A stretch of 56,647 bases of DNA from Phoronis australis. Its lineage: Eukaryota; Animalia; Phoronida. A program made the translations under genes and the position numbers. The stretch lies in NCBI GenBank assembly GCA_002633005.1, contig NMRA01000257.1:534410-591056 (forward strand). The letters run 5' to 3'. Shown in pieces: positions 50,201 to 56,647 of this stretch. Each line of letters opens with the position of its first letter. Position 1 is the stretch's first letter. The notes beneath the pieces were generated by a model, which was not told where the DNA came from, did not search any database, and saw only the letters and a list, made by a program, of their open reading frames with translations.

Positions 50201-53200
50201 AAACGCATATACAATTATATTTTACTCAAGCATTAGCATGCAACTGCACAATGTATAAAACTTGTCACGTTCCCAGCGCTCCCTATTGGCCAAGCATAGG
50301 GCTGTAACTCTTGACCTTCTCATGGAAACTTGTAGCTATGATACGTGTACATAATAATATGTCATGTACTCCTCTCCATGAAAGGTAACGTGTATGTTGT
50401 ATCTCGAACTCAGTTGAAGATGGGTTGCATTTTAGATTTGCTCGTCCAGTTTATGATTAACTTAGTGCCTATCATTAATGTTTCACCATTTTCATAGATA
50501 ATTTACAAAATCTGTCAAGTCCGTGTGGAAATGTAGATTTAATTATATTTATTTTTCCTTTATTGTTCTCCTGTCTTGTATTGAATAACAAATGACATTT
50601 ATTCGGTGTATATATTGTTATTACAACTCATATGTTGTTGGAATTGATGAGCTGACTGTCCTTAAACAGTAAACACTGCACTACACTACTGCAATTACTA
50701 CTAATTAACCAGCTCAATGACAATGACCACGTGTTGGTTTTGATCCATCCAGGAAATATCACTGAATTTGAATTAAATCTTGTCTGCTGGACAATACGCG
50801 GAAAATAGTCTCCTAGTGCCCCGGGAGTATCACGCCTCCTTCACAGGGAAGAATGGATGGAACAGTTGACTCTTGCTTTCTTACGAGATCTCGCCTGATT
50901 AGCAAACTTACGTAAACTCTCATCCCAGGCAGACGACACTTTGAGCTGAGCTCCACCGTGTTTGTTAAATGACTTAAAACAGTTTCTGAGGAGTCAAAAT
51001 GCTGCCAGTTTCCTGGCTATGGAAATTGCGGTTTTATGTTTGCTGAAAGATAGACTTGAAGTGTTATCGTTAGAAATTAGTAATCACTGCCACGAGATAC
51101 TGCTTTAACCCCGTTAGGTTGTGGAGGCAACCGGTTCGGAAGTAATTGCTCATCTTCCTGCTCGGAGGACGATCGCGAGGATGGATGTCGAGGGATGCAT
51201 GTGTGTACCGTAGATCCATACGGATGTTCGTGCGTTACTGGATTCAAAGGAATGACGTGCATTCAAGGTTTGTGATCATATATTGTTGAAAAAATTGCCG
51301 TGGTATTTTAACAGCAATATGCTTATGTGTACACAATCCGCTATATTGAGGTCACCTTGGCCCTGGATCTAATAATTAAACTCAAATCAGACTCCTATTT
51401 CACACAGATTTGAAAGTTTAACTTTATGAGTGCACGGTACTTGATTAAATTTCTAGTCAAGCTTCGAGTATAAATTAGACCTCACGCAGCGGTGTACTGT
51501 GTCGTTCTTTTAAAAATCGGTTCAACCTCGATCTGACTGTTGAAATAACTACACTCATCTGACTGTTGAAATAACTACACTCATGTGGAAGTTTTTTAAT
51601 TTGTGATCGCAGTCACGGAAGTGTAAATATTTCAATTCTCGCGAGATCTTATACACTCTAACAACATGCACACAAAAAAGAAGAAACAAGGAAAACCTAA
51701 GAAAATTCTAATTAGGTTCAGATGAAGTTTCTCAACATAAGACATAGGAACTAGTATTTTGGAATCTTGATAATGATGTCGAGTCCGTTTTAACTATGAT
51801 GAATAAAAGGAAATGGTTTCCTTTTCTCGGTCAAATGCTGTCACCTATTGTTTACATGTCCTGTTATTTTGTAACTTTAAAGGCTGCTGTCATGGATATT
51901 ACGGTGCTGACTGTGAGCAGACGTGCGGTCATTGTGACAATAACGCCACCTGTAGTCCCTATACTGGTCACTGTCCAGATGGTGCTTGTGCTCCTGGGTA
52001 CATGACATTCCCCTACTGTCGAACAGGTTGGTAAACATGAAATGACATCAAAATACTTAAGTATCACATGAAATGACATCAAATTAAGTATGCTAAGCGT
52101 ATTTCAGTATTTAAATCATTTAAAGGTGCAATAAACATTCGCCAACTTCGTAACGACAAGTAGTCTGAAAAATAAGAGGTGGAAGGTAGCTTTACTGCCG
52201 CCTAAGTATGTGCTTTAAGGTTAATCGACCGCTAGTTTATTGTACATGTACGAACAAAACATCGTCTGATTCTTAATAGAACATGATTCTCAGAGATTAC
52301 TTTTCTTTGAATGTACCTCTTTACAGAAATCGCCAGACTCAAGCAACCCCCGACTGTCGTTACCAGAACAGGACAAGGTTTATACATCCGGTGGACTCAG
52401 TGGCGGAGTGGGACTGATCATGGCGTGGGACAAGTGGAAAAATACGTTGTTGAGTACAAACAGAAGGATGATATGAGCTGGCTATCAAAAGAAGTTGTCA
52501 ATTTGAGGAATGAGACAGTTTTTACTTACAATATCTCGAAAGCGAACGCTACCCAGATATACAAAGTAAGGATACGGATCAAGATTGGAGATGATCTCCT
52601 TGGGAACGCAAGTCCTGAAGTAGAAGTCTGCGCAGGTACGTTAGAATCCGGACTACCAGGGACATTTCCGACCCCTCGATTCCCTTCATAGATGAAAGTA
52701 ATCCCGCCAATTATTTCCCACTTTGAAAGTCACGTGATTTACTTGATTTATGATGTCCTCAGATGCGTGGTTAACGCTCCGTTCTTGGGGAATGTGATGC
52801 TATGAAAGTAAAAAAGTGAACGGGATGGTACGAACGTAGTAGCCTTGTTTCACAATGGTGGTTACATACAAAACAATTTACAAGAAAAAGAAGCCTGCAA
52901 AACGTAAAGAAGGTAAGGAAAGTTTAGGATTTTGCATAAAGACCAGTGTGGTTGAAAGGCAAAGTGTACTTTTTGCATTACTATTCCTACATTTACTGTA
53001 TGATGTTCAATCAAATTATGCATTTCAGAACCAGAAACACCCCAGTTCACATTGTCAAACAGGGAGATTGACTCGGCTAACATAATCATTTTGGTAAGAT
53101 TTGTTTCATTTAAAAAAAAAACATTGCTAATTAACAACCATGTTGGGTAATGTATCCAGTCTGCAGTAAGTGCCCGAGTTCATCTGAGCATTATATCAGA

Positions 53201-56200
53201 AGATCCGGGTGACGGCACCAATATGTCGAACGCAGTTGTCGTCAAGCGGGTCGTTAGGTCAGCGACGGATGTAAGTGGATCCATGCTCATATTTCGTTTG
53301 GTTTCACACGTTCAAACAACATGTCTTTGTTCAACTCGTCTTTCTAGCGATGTTTAGCAGGCCGATATTGAAGACTAGCCATTGAAATACGTCACTTAAA
53401 GAATGACAGGAACTCGACCACCAATTGCTGTGTACCTCTTAACTAGTCTATACTGTGGCTAAAATGTACACACGACGCCCAACTACAGACATTTTCATGT
53501 CCAACGTATGTTGGAATTCTCGCATTGATTAATGTATCTAGTCATAAAAATACATGAATATCATTTGTCATCTGAGTTGATATATTAAACTCTCAGAAAG
53601 TGGCCGGGGTATAGCAAGGTAAGCTCTAGCCCATAAGCTTAACATTACAAACCTACAAAGGTTTTGGTAATTTTTGTCAGGTTCATAATACCTGTTAACC
53701 TAGGTAAAATGTGTCAAAATGAAAATATGAGGCCTTCAAAAAGATAACGATCTCCTTCAAGAAAATGAATATTGGCGAAATCTCTTTTCATGTTCAAGTA
53801 TAATCCATTTCCTTTCTGACACATTCAGGTTGACCTATTTAACTGGAGATGCGGAACACCTGGCTATTATGTAATAGAGTACATCAACACAACAACAGGT
53901 AGCAAGTGGAATATGTTGCCGAACATTACATCGAGTAGTACCTCACTGTATACGGCTGCGTGCACCACCTGGCGAGTAAGAATCAGAGCCTTCAATAAAC
54001 ACATGTCAAGGCTGTCCGATGAAAAGACCATTACTAGCAGAAATAGAGGTATTTCTCTAGCGATGGAGATGACTTTAGTCAATTATTCCGACTGGTGTCT
54101 CCTTTTTCCATTTTTGCATCTGCTGTGCCTATATTCCTTGATCATTGTCTTTGTTTACTGGTCTAGCGTTTCAGGAATGTTCACGCGGTATCACAGTCAC
54201 GTCGTTGGCAATCCACTTCACACGATATTCTAGTGGATTAACATTGTCAGGTTGTTCATTCTCAGTGCCAAAAATGCACATAGGCTGATTAGTCTTGATT
54301 CATTTTGCACCCTACATTTTGATCATGTTGTTATCATAAGTACGAGTTATTGAAACACTCAGTTTTTGTGTGTTGTTCTCTAGCACCAGGCCCCGTACAG
54401 AATCTAACTATACATCCCTCCAACACTACCAGCCGCTCTATGGTGATTATGTGGAAGGAACCCGAAGATAATGGTTGTTCCATCATGGGATATGAGTTAA
54501 CGCATAGCCTGGTTCAAGTGGTGCAGTGTGCAGATTTGCAAACTGGAAACGAAGTTAAAGAAATTATTAAATCGACCAGGAAGAACATCACTGCTCTCCA
54601 GCCAAATTCTAAGTATGAGATCAAGGTTGTGGCTAAAACAGAATCTATGGGCGAAGAAAGGTCGATAGAGGGAGTTACTCTTGAAGATGGTGAGCTTAAA
54701 GAATGTACAAACAAGACATATGCTTGAAACCGTCATTGTTTCTTATTTACTTTAATGAGAGCCTTATTATAATTTAAAAGTTTTTTTAGTTTTTGAAATA
54801 TGGAAAGATACCATCATTTTGCTTCATCTTGTCTCATATCTGAGAATCAATGTATGGTACTCTTTAGTCCGGGACTGCAGAATTTCCACGCGTGGGTCAG
54901 AGGAATGCATATTGATTTCATGCATATCTATCTTAGAAATTTTAAATTTCTGACAATCTCACACTACAGGATCCCGAGGCTCCATTTGTCATGTTTATAG
55001 TTTGCGGGCTTACTGTGATCGGGTTCTGATGAGGACTCCTACATTTGTGGTATGTAGATGGCATAGATACATCACTCCTAATACTCTGCATCATCATTAC
55101 TATATTCCCTCTAGCTCCATCTGGTGTTCCACAAAGTGTCAGCACTAATGCTTTAGTCAGCTCTGCCCACGTGTCATGGCTCCAACCCAATTGCTCTTCA
55201 CGCAACGGGATAATAACGAAGTACAATTTACGGTTAACAACACTCTCCGCAGGGTGTTCAAAAGCATCCATCAACATCATTTATGAAACAACAAATACGT
55301 CGTTTCTGTTTTCAAACATTTCTTCGTTCACCAATTATTCTGTGAGAGTGCGAGCGTGCACAACAAGAGGTGCTGGGCCGTGGACAGTTGAAACAAGGTT
55401 TACTACACACGAACAACGTCTGAGTGGAGTGCAAGCATTAAAAGCCTTCGAACGCAGTGGAAAACTACAGATTAGTTGGAAGTCTCCTCAAGAAGACAAT
55501 GGGTGCCAACTGAAGCGGTATGCGTGGCGATACACGTTGGTGTCTAGATCTCGGTGTCTTGGAACTTCTGAGCCTGTCTCAAAATGGGAGTATGTGAATG
55601 AAACACAGGCATCATTGAAGGTATTCCCCTTTTCCACATACTCCATTGAAGTTGTTCCAATGGGACCTACGCTTACTGGGCCAGTTGAGAAGGTAAACGT
55701 CACTACGAAGGAGGAAGGTAATCAAATTCTCATTTAGAATGATGGTAAACCAAATTTTATTCTTTTCTGATACTTCGTAAAACACCGTGTTTGGGTGCCC
55801 AAAGTCCTTCCACCGTTCATATGCTGCTCAGTTCATTGTTGCTATTTCTTATACACCAGTGCTTCTTCCTGATACTCATTTATCCGGTGGGTAGTAAATC
55901 TTTCAGGTAACGTCTTCCATGATCGTTCGGCTTGATAATATCTAAGAGGCTGATTAAATTGAACAAGGTCGTTTGCAGGATTTTCTTCATTCGCATTCGA
56001 TGTGAACTTGTTTTGGTGACAAATAAAATATTGGCAAAATTAGTGACATAGTTAGCTTATGCTTGAAGACCAGCCAACAATGAAAAGCTTAGGATATTTG
56101 AATTGCTGAGATATACATGTATACACTGTACTTGTATGATTTGTGTACTGATAAGTTAATTGGTTCATGGTATGTGCATGATTATAGCCTATGTGTTTCT

Positions 56201-56647
56201 CAATGTCCATACAAATCACATTTTTCACTGTTCTTTCTAGCGCCATTCACTGCTCCACAAAATATCACCATTGGTGCTTCAGCCAGGTCTGCCCTTGTGT
56301 CATGGCTGCCACCAGATTGCACTTTACGGAATGGCATAATAACAAATTACACTGTACGGTTAACAGCGCTGTCTTTGGGGTGTTCAGTGTCATTCGTAAA
56401 CGCCACTTACAAAACAGTGAATACCTCTGTTTTGTTACCAAAGCTTTCTCCGTTCACAAATTACTCCGTGATAATGCGGGCATACACAGCGATAGGTCCC
56501 GGGCCTTGGACAATTAAATCGAAGTTTCGTTCACGCGAAGAACGTCTGAGTCGAGTTAAAAGAATACAAACTGAGGAACGGAGTGGCGAATTACATATCC
56601 AGTGGACGGCACCCTCACAAGACGACGGGTGTCAACTGAGGGGATAT
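40976..56647 (+). CDS. Gene 2: large cell-surface receptor ectodomain (unknown/Ig-like, split F-type lectin with inserted kringle, Tie-like Ig and 3 EGF, FN3 array); continues past window end; probable RPTP paralogue
   Basis: Chain of mostly phase 1-1 GT-AG exons with recognisable domains; first (signal-peptide) exon not identified. Confidence 0.85.
41927..42451. other. Assembly gap (N run)
   Basis: Run of n. Confidence 1.
43365..43724 (-). mobile_element. Degenerate THAP/Kolobok remnant in gene 2 intron
   Basis: PREPEMLRKWLMVVKN..YEAVKHLRVCG aligns by eye with the THAP at 33.3 kb; terminus ttaa|aggag on the minus strand at 43724. Confidence 0.65.
44019..44125. repeat. Minisatellite, 4 copies of a unit of about 22 bp
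   Basis: gggccagtagttgta(t/c)tga repeated. Confidence 0.9.
44479..44718 (+). CDS. Gene 2 exon: F-type lectin (fucolectin/FTP) domain, N-terminal half
   Basis: atgtag|..|gtgagt; DQSST..AGKAIDGNHSTDF..SCSHT..NPWWRAEL..IVHGIHIT. Confidence 0.9.
47037..47246 (+). CDS. Gene 2 exon: kringle domain
   Basis: acttag|..|gtatta; DC..GKDYMGTVNTT..TCKMW..ENYCRNPDG..GPWCY..WKYCSVSLC. Confidence 0.95.
47832..48090. mobile_element. Degenerate MITE related to the one at 5522
   Basis: catgggcgcaccc..cgcgcatg ends; flanks aatta/aatca. Confidence 0.45.
48470..48715 (+). CDS. Gene 2 exon: F-type lectin domain, C-terminal half
   Basis: tcatag|..|gtactt; LSDFQVRISN..C..IACDRPVSGRYIYI..LSLCEVEVFG. Confidence 0.92.
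49185..49430 (+). CDS. Gene 2 exon: Tie-type Ig2-like domain (no Cys)
   Basis: ttctag|..|gttgaa; VSVGDRATITF..WQKD..GGVYT..TRLFVR. Confidence 0.88.
50043..50174 (+). CDS. Gene 2 exon: Tie-like EGF repeat 1
   Basis: [35 protein letters not shown]. Confidence 0.95.
   Translation, partial: FAVEVNLVATAQTTARNVRTEVYVTTSRASVYAPRDFGVISVP
51118..51267 (+). CDS. Gene 2 exon: Tie-like EGF repeat 2
   Basis: CGGNRFGSNC..GCRGMHVCTVDPYGCSCVTGFKGMTC. Confidence 0.95.
51883..52026 (+). CDS. Gene 2 exon: EGF-like repeat 3
   Basis: CCHGYYGADCEQTCGHC..TCSPYTGHCPDGACAPGY. Confidence 0.93.
52327..52635 (+). CDS. Gene 2 exon: FN3
   Basis: ttacag|..|gtacgt; LYIRWTQW..GVGQVEKYVVEYK..YKVRI. Confidence 0.9.
53029..53093 (+). 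CDS. Gene 2 exon: divergent FN3, first part
   Basis: tttcag|..|gtaaga; EPETPQFTLSNREIDSANIIIL; phases 1/0. Confidence 0.7.
53829..54048 (+). CDS. Gene 2 exon: divergent FN3, second part
   Basis: attcag|..|gtattt; YYVIEY..CTTWRVRIRAFN; phases 0/1. Confidence 0.82.
54384..54689 (+). CDS. Gene 2 exon: FN3
   Basis: APGPVQNLT..WKEPEDNGCSIMGY..LQPNSKYEIKVVA. Confidence 0.93.
55115..55717 (+). CDS. Gene 2 exon: two FN3 domains
   Basis: APSGVPQSV..WLQPNCSSRNGIITKY..FTNYSVRVRA..GPW; ..ISWKSP..PFSTYSIEV. Confidence 0.93.
56241..56647 (+). CDS. Gene 2 exon: duplicate of the two-FN3 exon, cut by the window end
   Basis: ttctag| APFTAPQNI..WLPPDCTLRNGIITNY..PFTNYSV..GPGPW..ERLSRV..IQWTAPSQDDGCQL. Confidence 0.92.

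Overview
AT-rich, intron-rich animal (invertebrate-type) genomic DNA; exons were read by eye using GT-AG sites and reading-frame phase. Positions 1461-22250 (+) hold the last 25 exons of a receptor-type protein tyrosine phosphatase (RPTP): FN3 repeats, furin site, TM helix, tandem D1/D2 PTP domains and a C-terminal YANF tail. Its D1 carries several non-canonical catalytic-loop substitutions. The region from about 22.3 to 40 kb is intergenic and TE-rich: a solo LTR, Harbinger-type MITEs, a tRNA-derived SINE head, and an internally deleted Kolobok transposon (THAP plus KolX/P2X7-ballast-like ORFs) nested in a MITE. From about 40976 to the window end (+) lies the 5' part of a second large receptor gene, probably a tandem paralogue. 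Its ectodomain runs: unknown/Ig-like exon, an F-type lectin domain split in two by an inserted kringle exon, Tie-like Ig2, three Tie-like EGF repeats, then an FN3 array. The kringle-in-lectin module on a Tie-like receptor is the most unusual observation. An assembly gap covers 41927-42451.
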